Source of the DNA: Sedimentisphaerales bacterium
GTDB taxonomy: Bacteria > Planctomycetota > Phycisphaerae > Sedimentisphaerales > Anaerobacaceae
Assembly: GCA_963708075.1 (NCBI GenBank)
Contig: OY970194.1
Coordinates: 5,184,001-5,248,000, forward strand
Direction: 5' to 3'
DNA: 64,000 nt
Of this stretch, positions 23,255-33,088 are shown in pieces. Under the pieces are notes generated by a model, which had not been told where the DNA came from, searched no databases, and saw nothing but the letters and a program-made list of their open reading frames with translations. How positions within the stretch are numbered: the first letter of the stretch is position 1; every line of letters begins with the position of its first letter. Both the position numbers and the translations under genes were made by a program.

Positions 23255-24072
23255 CTCTCCACCCTTCGAGCAAAATGGACATTCCCCTACCTTAATTTCT
23301 GTTCAAACTACGACGACCGGACCGCGCTGTTCATAGCGGTTTCTCCGGCTATACCTAGCGTAAAACGCGGGCGTCCCGCAGCCAAAACCTATATGGTAGG
23401 AGCTTTGCACGCCCGTGAACAGAAAAAAATCCTCCTCTGTGCCGGATGCACGCCAGCCAAAGCGATCCGTCAACCAAGGTTGCAGATATCCTCATTCAGC
23501 ACACACCCGCTACATATAGGTGGTCAACCTAGTCGCACTTCTATAACCTGTATGTCGGCCTTCTGCAATAGGTCAAGCAGTTTTTTCCCATTTTTTTGAA
23601 AAGTTTTTTTGTGTCTAAAGGAAACCTCCTCCGACCACCATGGATCTAAGCGGGTCAACATGACAAAGAAAGGCGACTCCCGAGCCAGTTTCTATCCGTC
23701 TCTACCTAAATGATACGCGGACACGGACGCAAAGTCAAGAGCATACCACCAGCATACATCTGGTTCGCGCCAAGCCCTCCCGATGCACACTCGGAGGGCT
23801 CGTCGAGTCCATCCCCAATCTCCAGGGGAGCAGCGTCCAAGTGTAAGTTATCGGTTAACAATTGTGAGTAGGCGCCTACGGGCCGACGAAGGTGTTGTTG
23901 TCGAAGGCGGGGCGTTCGATGCCGCGGACTCTTTGGCCGGTGGACATGGCCGGTTGGAGTGCGGAGTGCGGAATGAAGAGGCAGGGGGTCAGGGCTCGGG
24001 GATCAGGGGGCAGGTTGGCAGATTCCTTCTCCGTGGCGAGAGAATCAGTTGTCGGTTCCCGGCTGCTAGTTG

Positions 24073-24420
24073 TCAGTCGGTGGTCGCTTCGGCGGGCTCT
24101 TGTTTGCGGATGTCGTCAAACTGGTTGATCTCGACGTCGCCCTGTGGAAAGTGCGCGATGATGCGCAGTTCCCCGCCCATGGCGGCGATGAATCGTCGAA
24201 GCGTGCTGACGTACATGTCGGACTGATGCTCCAGCTTGGAGATGGCGGCCTGGTTCATCTTCAGCACTTCAGCCAGCTCCTGTTGCGTCAGGTGCATCGC
24301 CTGGCGCAACTCCTGGAGGGCCATTTCCGAGTACATCTCGGCGGTGCGTTTGCGAATTCGCTCCCGGCTCTGGGGCGACATCTTATCAACAAGATTCTTA
24401 AACGGCTTTGCCATCAGCAT
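24073..24420 (-). CDS. XRE-family HTH protein (HigA-like antitoxin), no adjacent toxin
   Basis: LQELRQAMHLTQQELA...QAAISKLEHQSDMYVSTLRRFIAAMGGEL. Confidence 0.9.
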   Translation of the reverse strand: MLMAKPFKNLVDKMSPQSRERIRKRTAEMYSEMALQELRQAMHLTQQELAEVLKMNQAAISKLEHQSDMYVSTLRRFIAAMGGELRIIAHFPQGDVEINQFDDIRKQEPAEATTD

Positions 24421-24460
24421 AACCTATCAGTTATATAACTTATGAGTTATGTCTTGTCAA
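24419..24460 (-). promoter_or_regulatory. Promoter with tandem palindromic operators
   Basis: -35 TTGACA (24455-24460); two ATAAC-N6-GTTAT boxes at 24419-24434 and 24435-24450. Confidence 0.65.
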
Positions 24461-24771
24461 GTGGTTTTTTGCTCATTTTGTCTACAGCCGTTGCTCCAGG
24501 ATCTTGGTAAACACGCCGCACGCACGAATACCCGGTATTATGAGCAGCCCGTGGGGCGGCGACAAGGGCAAAGGGCCAGGATTTCGCGGGCACTATGCGG
24601 CAGAGTGTCTGCCGGTGGACATGGCCGGTTGGAGTGCGGAGTGAGAAAGGCGAGTGTGAAGTTTGATGTTTGAAGTTTGAAGTAAGCGAGCGGCAGGGCC
24701 GGGTCTTCTCTGCGGCCTTCTGAATCTCTGACTTACGAATTACGATCTATGATTCGTTCTGGAAATCTGCG

Positions 24772-26712
24772 TTGCTAACTCGCAACAACTGAAAAAGATT
24801 TCCAGATCTTCATGCGGCGGCTTTGTTAAGTTGTTCTGTGGTGGCCTTTTGCGTTAGCGAGATGGTAGCGATGATTTTGGCTCCGTTCGCGGTCAGGCGA
24901 TACTTGCGAGTCTTGGGCAGACGGCGGATGATCTTGTGCTCTCGCAATAGCCGCAGCAGATACGTCACCTTCGCCGAGACCTCCTTGGCAGGACGGTTTG
25001 GATAGAGACGGCCGGCAATATCCCGATTGCGGAAATCCCCGACCAGTCCACAGGTCGCCACCGCCGCCAGCAGTTGCTGGTCCGCCTCGGACCAGGGTCG
25101 CAGCGCCCGGATCGATTTGCCCCTGCGGATGTGACGCCGGCAGATGGGCGAGAACCACTTCTTCCACTCGCTCACTGGTGTCGAGCTTGGCCAGGGCTTC
25201 GAGGTAGCGGTCATTGACTTGTTGCGAGACTTGACTGCGGGCGTATAAGTCCACGATGCCCTTGCTCATGGGCAGCATCCTCTTGGAACCCTGGGGATCG
25301 CGTTCGGACCGGCGGTAGACACGAAAGGCCCGAGCGTTGTTGATCGTGCACTCCGTACGCAGGATCGAGCCGGCCTTGTCATAGACCTTGACGGAGTTGG
25401 CGTGTGCCTGGTGCTTGACCCGAATTCCTTCGGGACGATCCCGGTAACTGCTGATCACCTCCTCCTGGCAGTTGGGATACAGACGCTTGCCGAGGAACCG
25501 CAGCACATCCTTGCTGCCAAAGGCGATCATGGAGCCACGCACCAGTTGGGGATAGATACGGCCCAACGCCTTGGGATCATCAAAGGCGATATCCGTCGCC
25601 CATTCGGTTCTCATGACTGGTCCAGTAGTAGTGCAAAGGAAAACCGGCAAACATCGTCTCGTGGGCCGGATTGAGGAATCGTGCGATGCGGCCGAACTGC
25701 CGGCACCAATCGGTGCGGTGCAGTTGGTCCATCAATGCCTGAGCCCGTGGAAAATCAGCCATCCAGGGAAAGCAGTTGTCACACCGCCGGTACGCCAGAT
25801 GCTCTTGATCCATCCTCTTGGCCAGCCATTCGCGGCCGTTCATCCACATCTGAATGGCAAAGGGAAACCACGTTTGGATGCGGGCGCCCATGAACCCGAA
25901 GTAGGCATCGTACCAGTAATGGTACAGGTGCATGCACTTGCCTTGAAACAGCTCCAAATCCAGCGTCTTGGCCTGGCGATTCTTATGAAGCTTGTAGGTC
26001 ATGCATGGCTCAATCGTACGCAGAATGCAAATCAGTCCCTCCCGGATGCCATCGCGGGCAGCGATGTCCAAAGCGACTTGTTCCTTATTGGTTCGGCTGG
26101 AGTGCAGGTACACATTGGGTCGGCCGGCCTGTTCGGCCTTGGCCACAGAGGCCTGGATCAGTTGCGCCGTCTTGTCCAGGGCGTACTGCTTGAAGTCCTT
26201 CATGAGAATGCTGCGATACGCCAGGTAGGAACACATCCCCGCCAGGTTGGCCACCAGGCGAAGGGTCCCACGAAAAACGATGCGGTCCCAGCCGCTCAAA
26301 ACCCCTATAATGTGCTTCTTGTGCTTCTCCATGAACGATTGCATGGCATCCTCCTTGAAAAAACAGGTTGTCAGGTACAGCAACCAGCATAGCAGGGATG
26401 GATGCCTTTTTCATTCCAGAGGCTTGTGATCATCCTTTTCCTTTTTGCCCTCGATAGGCTTGGGGCAAAAAGGAAAAGGGTGACCATCGTGGACAACAAG
26501 CGGGGCCAGCAGCGTCCACGGAGTGTGAGCAAGAAAAATGACAGGCGAGTCACGAGGGCGGATTCAACATCGCCGAGGATCGCGACTCTCGCTGGCGGCC
26601 CAGACTCGTGACCGAGACCACGCCTGGCATGTTCTTGCCACACGCAGTAGCTGCGGTCGAACGAGAACGCACATGCGATACGCCTTTGGTTGCGGCCGAA
26701 GGCCGCGCCAAG
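24772..26712 (-). mobile_element. Insertion element with terminal hairpins, no TIR and no TSD
   Basis: Removing it restores ATCTGCGTCC-ATCTGCGTTC-ATCTGCGG; hairpins GTTGC-TAACTC-GCAAC and GCGGCC-GAA-GGCCGC at the ends. Confidence 0.75.
24810..26344 (-). CDS. Putative transposase/replication-initiator-like protein (~510 aa) with C-terminal wHTH; two +1 frameshifts (~25610, ~25155)
   Basis: RBS AAGGAGG; GVLSGWDRIVFRGTL, HLYHYWYD, TEWATD, SVKVYDKAGSILRTECTIN, FRNRD...LRLLREHKII...YRLT across three ORFs. Confidence 0.75.
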
Positions 26713-26979
26713 TCCATCTGCGTTCATCTGCGGATGATGATCGGTAGTCGGTAGCCGGTTGGCGGTTGTCGGTTGAAACCCCTTGGTGTTTTTCTCCGTG
26801 GTCTCGGTGTCCTCCGTGGTTAAGAAAGCCTGGATTCCCGCGTTCGCGGGAATGACATTGTTGAAATCCGTGGTCATCCGCGTCAATCCGTGTCCAGGAA
26901 CAAGCGGTGTGCGAAGCACACCCTACCGGCTGTCGCCATTGCCGTGTCCTGACCCCTTATCGGCGTTCATCAGCGTTTA

Positions 26980-27873
26980 TCAGCGGTTCCGTTTTCTCGG
27001 TGTCCTCTGTGGCAATTTATTCGTCTTGCGTCTTGTCTTTGCCTTCTTACCTTTGGCCTTTTGCAGGGCGGCCGGTGTGCGGGCGAATGATGATTCGCCC
27101 CTACGCGGGTGTTGGACTCTTTTCCTGCCGGTGGATGTGCCTTTCTTATCTTCTTTCCTTCCTGCCTTCTTCCGTTCTTCCTCGCCGCCGGCGTAGACCT
27201 CCTTGCGGCGGTCGGGGGGCCATTCTTCGGGGAAGTTGAGATTGGCGAACTCGCCGAATAATTCCACCGCTTTGCGGTCGTAGGCGCGGGCGGCCTCGAT
27301 CTCATCCTTGTAATAGCCGAGCCAGATGTCCTTGCCCATGATCTTGATCTGGGCGTACCACTTGTGGCGGTCCTTCGAGTAGCCGACGCCTTTGTATTTG
27401 GATAGCGAGCCGCGCTTTTTGCGCTGGTTGCGCTGGTTCTCGTGGCGCAAACAGAGGCGCAGGTTCGGGCGGGTGTCGTCGAGCTTGTTGTGGTTGAAGT
27501 GGTCGACGATCTTGCCGGGCGGGGCCTGCAGGATCTGGCGATGCATGTAGACGATCTTTCCCTTCTCATTGCGTGCGGCGTATCCGTTCACCGAGGACCA
27601 GGTCCACCGGCTGAGCCAGTCGTAGTCGGCGGCGTCCACGTAGGCGTACAGGCCGTCGCCCAGCGGGATTCGCCGGGCGTCGCCTTCGGGCTCGGGCGGC
27701 CTGGGGCGATAGTTGCGGCAGGGGCCGCCGGAGGGTACGGGCCTCATCCGGCCGAGCGACTCCGGGTGGTTCGCACACGCCGGACGGCTCGCAAAACCCG
27801 TGACAAAGCCCTGCATCGTCTGGCATCGGTCCCAATACGCGTACACGCAATTGTGACAGTTCTCAGTCGCCAT
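26980..27873 (-). CDS. HNH endonuclease-AP2 domain protein with N-terminal Cys cluster
   Basis: CHNC...C...C; VDAADY, YMHRQI, VDHFNHNKLDDTRPNLR, SKYKGV, LGYY...EAARAYD. Confidence 0.88.
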   Translation of the reverse strand: MATENCHNCVYAYWDRCQTMQGFVTGFASRPACANHPESLGRMRPVPSGGPCRNYRPRPPEPEGDARRIPLGDGLYAYVDAADYDWLSRWTWSSVNGYAARNEKGKIVYMHRQILQAPPGKIVDHFNHNKLDDTRPNLRLCLRHENQRNQRKKRGSLSKYKGVGYSKDRHKWYAQIKIMGKDIWLGYYKDEIEAARAYDRKAVELFGEFANLNFPEEWPPDRRKEVYAGGEEERKKAGRKEDKKGTSTGRKRVQHPRRGESSFARTPAALQKAKGKKAKTRRKTNKLPQRTPRKRNR

Positions 27874-27934
27874 GATCTCTCCCTTTCCATTGGTCCGCAA
27901 CGTCACTCGTCGGGCGCCCTTCGGCCCAACGTGA

Positions 27935-27965
27935 CTATGGTATAATCACCATAGGCGGTTGTCAA
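27935..27965 (-). promoter_or_regulatory. Sigma70 promoter of the HNH-AP2 gene with an overlapping palindrome
   Basis: TTGACA-17-TACCAT; CTATGGT-N6-ACCATAG (27935-27954). Confidence 0.55.
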
Positions 27966-28194
27966 CCCAAAATCCGGCAGAAAATACTGTCACCGGAAGA
28001 ATCGGTGGGCAGAGCCCACCCTACCGGCTCCCGCCGCTGCCATGTCCCGGCTCCTTATCGGCGTTGATCGGCGTTCATCTGCGGTTTCATTGTTCTCGTG
28101 GTGAAGAGGTCCGCATGGGCTGAAGCCCATCCTACGCGCTCTATGCAGGAATGACATGTACAGGGGAGTTTTCGCGTGGTTCGCGGTTGCCCGG

Positions 28195-29067
28195 TCAGAA
28201 TACGATGGCGGCGTAGCCCACGGCGTCGCGACTTGTGGTGCCCATCCTGCTTTGCATGACTTCGTTGCTGGTCGTGTAGGCCAGAAGCCGGCCCTTGGCG
28301 GCGCCGAGCTTTCGGGCGGCGGCAATCGCGGCGGCGGCGGCGCCGGGCCCGCAGGCGTTGGCCTTCTCGATGGCCTCGGACAGCAGCCGCTCGGCGTCCA
28401 GGGATAGCGCCAGGTCGATGAACTGGCGGTCGTTGACGTTCGCCGCCCATTGCAGGCCGTCCGGGCCCCGGCCCATCGGGGTGAAGCCGTAGCGGGGGCC
28501 GTAATGGGTCAAATCCGTGGAGCCGATGCAGACCGCCATGCGGCCCTGGGCGGCGATCACTTCGGCGACGGCTTCGCCCAGCGCGATCGCCGTATCCACC
28601 GGAGGCGTGACAATCGGCACGAGCTTCGCCCCGGGGAACAGGTGCTGCACGAACGGGACCTGCACCTCCAGGCTGTGCTCATAGGTGTGGGCGTCGGCGT
28701 CTTTGACCACCACGTTTTTAGCGAGCAAGGCGTCGCGAAATTCGCGGTCGATGCCGATCTCGCCAAGCGGCGTGCGCCAGGAGTCGCTGTCATCGACGGC
28801 GGGCAGCGAGCCGAAGTAGCTGTGCGCGGTGCCGAAGATGATGAAGGTATCGACTGTCTCTCGCTGCTTTTTGACGGCCGCGAAGACCATGGCGGCCAGG
28901 TCCCCGCTGAAGGTCCAGCCGGCGTGCGGCACGATCCCGCCGACGATTCGCTCCGGCAGCGGCTCGACCACGGGACGCGACGCCAGGGCTTCCCGGATCT
29001 CCTCCAGGCAGCCTTCGCGACTGCCGGGGTAAAACTGCCCCGCAACCACCGGGTTTCGTGTCCGCAT
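28195..29067 (-). CDS. amrB: AmmeMemoRadiSam system protein B (MEMO1 family)
   Basis: RNPVVAGQFYP, IVPHAGWTFSG, EHSLEVQVPF, STDLTHYG, CG, VGYAAIVF; true start at 29067. Confidence 0.93.
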   Translation of the reverse strand: MRTRNPVVAGQFYPGSREGCLEEIREALASRPVVEPLPERIVGGIVPHAGWTFSGDLAAMVFAAVKKQRETVDTFIIFGTAHSYFGSLPAVDDSDSWRTPLGEIGIDREFRDALLAKNVVVKDADAHTYEHSLEVQVPFVQHLFPGAKLVPIVTPPVDTAIALGEAVAEVIAAQGRMAVCIGSTDLTHYGPRYGFTPMGRGPDGLQWAANVNDRQFIDLALSLDAERLLSEAIEKANACGPGAAAAAIAAARKLGAAKGRLLAYTTSNEVMQSRMGTTSRDAVGYAAIVF

Positions 29068-29298
29068 ATCGTCACCTGTTCCCTTGCATCCGCGGCCCCG
29101 TGCCGCTATCATCCTGAAAGCCTCTGACGGAATGAGAGCGGCAGCCGCCCGCTGATATGTCGGTCCCGCAAGGGCGGGAATCCAGCACGTGCCGGATTCT
29201 CCCGGCCCCCGGCCGGCGCGGCGCGACATGGTGAAGCTCATTCGGTCGGAGCCGGTCAGCACCCGCATATATTGTACTTCACAGGGCAGGAAAGACAA

Positions 29299-29802
29299 AT
29301 GGCAAGTGAGAAAACGCCGCAAGTGGCCGTCGTGATGGGCTCCGACAGCGACCTGAAAGTGATGGAAAGCTGCATCGAGCAGTTGCGCGAGTTCGGCCTG
29401 ACGCCGGAGGTGCGGATCCTCTCGGCCCATCGCACGCCGCGAATCGCCGCCGAGTTTGCCGAGACCGCCGAGGGCCGCGGCATCCAGGTCATCATCGCCG
29501 CCGCCGGCATGGCCGCCCATCTTGCCGGCGCGATGGCCGCCTGGAGCATCCTGCCCATCATCGGCGTCCCCCTGGCCGCCGAGCCCGGCATAGGCGGACT
29601 CGACGCCCTGCTGAGCACGGTCCAAATGCCCCCCGGCGTCCCCGTCGCCACCGTCGCCATCGGCAAGCCCGGCGCCAAAAACGCCGCGATCTTAGCCGTC
29701 CAGATCCTGGCCCGCCGAGACCCCGCCCTCCGCGAAAAGCTCGTCGAATTCAAAGCCAACCAGGCCAAAGCCGTCCAACAAAAGGACGCCGCCCTGGGCT
29801 GA
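29299..29802 (+). CDS. purE: N5-CAIR mutase
   Basis: VMGSDSD, SAHRTP, AGMAAHLAG, LLSTVQMPPGVPVATV. Confidence 0.97.
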   Translation: MASEKTPQVAVVMGSDSDLKVMESCIEQLREFGLTPEVRILSAHRTPRIAAEFAETAEGRGIQVIIAAAGMAAHLAGAMAAWSILPIIGVPLAAEPGIGGLDALLSTVQMPPGVPVATVAIGKPGAKNAAILAVQILARRDPALREKLVEFKANQAKAVQQKDAALG

Positions 29803-30057
29803 GGACTCCTATCGACCCGGATTTCGCGGATTCACACAGATTTCAACTGACAACTGTCAACCAGGAACCGACAACTGGCGTCATCAAACCACGAAGGACG
29901 CGAGGAGCATGAGGTCACGGCACAGGCGACAGCCGGTCGGCTGGGCGCTGCCCACTGTTTTCTCGCACCGCCCAGAATGTGAAATGTGCAGGTCTGGTCC
30001 CCTCATCCGCTCCGGCTCATTCCGATCGCGGTCGTCACGCTCCTCACTGCCTCGCGG

Positions 30058-30705
30058 CTATCGAGTCGCTCTGCCCCTGGGTCCCTCATTCGGATACCTG
30101 TACCCATAAGCCGGGCGGTCATAGTTATAGTTGTAGTAGGGATAGGTGTAGCTCGGGTTGTAGTCCTGGGCGTAATAACCGTCGCGGGTGTCCGGGTTGT
30201 AGTGGTAACCCGTGTTGGGGTTGAAGTAGTATCCGGTCCTTGGATTGTACTGGCCGTAGCCGGGATTGTAGTACGGACGGCCCTCGTAATCGTTGTATCT
30301 ATTGTACGGATAGCCAAACGGCCACTTGGGCGAATAGTATTCGCCCCACCGGGATCCTTGATCCGGATAGGAGTATCCATACTCTACACCTACAAGGGAT
30401 AAGGGAAAGTATTCCTGCTCGCCGGATTCCTCGATCCACGATTCCTCCGCCTCATCGCTGCCTCTGTCTCCCTTGGCGATCAACGCGGCACCGAGGGTAC
30501 CCGTGGCGGACGGCTGTGCCTCTTTGAGCACCTGCCGGCACATCGGGCACTGTGCCGGCCACGTCGCCTGGATCTGCGGATGGCTCGGGCAGGCGTAGGA
30601 ACCGATCTTTCCCACCTCTGTCGGTGAATCCCACTGGCCCTGTGCATAGACCAGACATGCTCCTGAAACAAGTGCGAAGCTGGTGATTGTGATCAACATT
30701 CTCAT
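30058..30705 (-). CDS. Secreted protein with heavy-metal-binding-like motif and Tyr-rich tail
   Basis: Signal peptide; YACPSHP...AQCPMC; C-terminal YNP repeats. Confidence 0.7.
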   Translation of the reverse strand: MRMLITITSFALVSGACLVYAQGQWDSPTEVGKIGSYACPSHPQIQATWPAQCPMCRQVLKEAQPSATGTLGAALIAKGDRGSDEAEESWIEESGEQEYFPLSLVGVEYGYSYPDQGSRWGEYYSPKWPFGYPYNRYNDYEGRPYYNPGYGQYNPRTGYYFNPNTGYHYNPDTRDGYYAQDYNPSYTYPYYNYNYDRPAYGYRYPNEGPRGRATR

Positions 30706-31041
30706 ATTGCTGCCCCTTGCCTGGCGTTACGGCGACTCTGTCTCGCCGAAATCCTGCTGTGTCGGCAAAGACTATTCGTCTAAGTACCCTACGATGCGGA
30801 CTATTATCTTCACCGGTAGGTAAAATGCGTGCTCGCCGACGGCAGATTGCCTACCGGCCCGGGCCGCGAGCGTCGAGTGCGGCAGATCGCGTAGATCAAA
30901 ATGGGGGGGTCAAAGGCGCCGAGTACTTTCCTGGTTGAATCGTCCATCCTATGGGAACTGTGGGCCTCTTACCGTCTTTCGTTCTTCCGTCGCATCTTTG
31001 CCCTCTGTATCCTCCGCCTTCGCGGAGGCAGGCACTCCGGG

Positions 31042-31436
31042 GGGTGTGGTCGGAATTCGGTGGCGGCGTGTAGCCACCGTGTGCGGACTGCGCCTCTTTC
31101 GTCCCTTACGGGACTGGCTTTTGTCCTCGGCCCCGGTTCCCCAGCGATCAATCGCTGGGCTATTCTCTGTCGCCCTGCGGGCTTGGACTGCGTCATGGCT
31201 GAGCTTCGTGATACTGCCAAATTGAAGGCTATCCTCTATTGCCCTTCGGGCTTGGACTTCGCTTCAGTCCTCTTGCGTCGGCCCGTCCGCCCCACGGGGG
31301 CGATCGACACTAGCCCACCGTTTCAACGGTGGGTACGATAGTCAATCCTATCTCAAAGCCCCGTAGGGGCGAAAGAAGACTGGGCTGCGCTCTTGTGTCG
31401 GCTGGAATCCGAATCCGCCACCGAATGCCGACCGCA
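31042..31436. mobile_element. MITE family A copy 2 (2 internal repeats, 1 spacer)
   Basis: Same TIRs; flanked by duplicated GGCACTCCGGG (31031-31041 / 31437-31447). Confidence 0.85.
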
Positions 31437-31544
31437 GGCACTCCGGGGGTATTCATTTTCGTCTATTGGCTCTCGTTGTCGGCCGATAGTATATGTAGTT
31501 GGCGTGCACAGAGATACGAAGACGTAGGAAGTTTGAGGGCCGGT

Positions 31545-32833
31545 ATGAACGTAGACCTTCATTATGGAACGGGGGTTGTCTCGCTGCGGGTGCCGGATCG
31601 GAATGTTCAGGAGATCATCCGGCCTTGGCAGGGGGAACAGACCCAGGATGCGGCGGCGGGGCTGCGGGAAACCGTGGGCGGGCAGGCCGGAGCGTTTCGG
31701 GAAGCAGTCGCGGGCAAGCGCGTGTGCGTCCTTGTCGATGATGGGACGCGCGACGAGCCGCTGGCGGATGTGCTGCCGCACCTGTGCGGCGTGCTGCGCG
31801 GGAGCGCCTCGGTGCAATTCCTGATCTGCACGGGGACACACACGGCCGATACGTCGAAGAATCGTCAGATCCGCGGCGAGATCGAGAAGACTAGCCGGGA
31901 CGCGGGTCTGACCCTCACGCGAATCCACGCTCATGACTGCAAGGCCGACAAAGTCATCGACGTCGGGCGCACGTCGCGGGGGACGCAAGTGCTCGTGAAT
32001 ACATTCGCCGAGGAGGCAGATGTTTTTCTCGCGGTGTCGGATGTGAAGGTCCATTACTTCGCGGGGTACTCGAATCCCGTGAAGAACTTTGTGCCGGGCA
32101 TCAGTGCCTTTCGCACGGTCGAGCAGAACCACAGCCTGGCCCTGCTCGAGGAATCCACGCACGGGCGCACCCGTGGCATCCCGATCCCGCTCGAAGAGAC
32201 AATCCTCTGGCCGCGGATCAGGTGGAGGGCATGGAGTTGATCGCCAGGGGTCGGCCGATCTGGGCGCTGGTGATGCTCAGCGCCGGCACACGGCTGATCT
32301 GGGCGCGGTTCGGGCCGGTCCGCGACGTGAGTGCCGAATCCTTCGCCGTGACCGACGAGCGGAATATCCGGGCGGTCACTCCGGCGTCGCGGCTGATCGT
32401 GTCGCCCGGCGGGCTTTCCAACGACGAAGATCTGTACATCGCCCAACGGGCCCTGGAATTGACCCGGGCCGCGGTGACGGATGGCGGAGAGGTCCTGTTC
32501 CTGGCCGCGTGTCCCAACGGCATCGGCGAGCCGCAGACTCTGGCGAACTTCTACAACCGTCTGACGGCCCCCCTCGATGAGGTTATTCAGTCGATCCGGC
32601 AGGACTACGTCCTGTACAGTCACAAACCCTACAAATTCGCCGTGATGATCCGGCGGCTGCGGCGGATCTGGATGCACACGCAGATTCCCGATCCCCTCGT
32701 CGAGGCGGCCCATCTTCATCCCGCGCATGATCCCCAGGCGGTGGTGGACGGTTGGCTCGCCGAGCAGCCCGAGGCCGGAATCATCTTCGTCGACGGCGCC
32801 AACAAGGTGGCCCTATGGGCCGTTCCAGGGTAA
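31545..32833 (+). CDS. LarA-family (lactate racemase domain) protein, frameshift near 32169
   Basis: VDDGTR, CTGTH, HYFAGYS..VKNFVPG, NHS, SPGG...DLYIAQRA, CPNGIG. Confidence 0.85.
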
Positions 32834-32980
32834 GGGTGTGCGACTGCGTTTCGTGGGGAGGGAACAGCCCGTATCTGTCACCCTGAGCGGGGTGACGCAT
32901 CTGGGTCACGAACGTAGCCAGCGCTCGTTCGCATGCCTGGCCTGGATTCTTTGGCGCTCTGAAAAGAGCGGCGTTGACGT

Positions 32981-33055
32981 GCAGGGTGGGTTCTCAACCC
33001 ATGCGTTAAGGAACGCTTCGCTCGAAAAACCGCGTGGGTCAAGGACCCACCCTAC
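32981..33055. repeat. GTAG-type REP doublet (also 60075-60148; single arm 2948-2969)
   Basis: GGGTGGGTTCTCAACCCA...TGGGTCAAGGACCCACCCTAC. Confidence 0.75.
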
Positions 33056-33088
33056 AAACTCAATCCACTCTCGCACGACTTCGTTCAT
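33056..33088 (-). pseudogene. N-terminal stub of a HEPN gene
   Basis: MNEVVREWIE overlaps the end of the MNT gene and is cut by the REP doublet. Confidence 0.55.

Noticed and set aside
29068..29625. N-terminal extension of amrB in the ORF track
   Set aside because: Overlaps purE in antisense; family homology starts at 29067.
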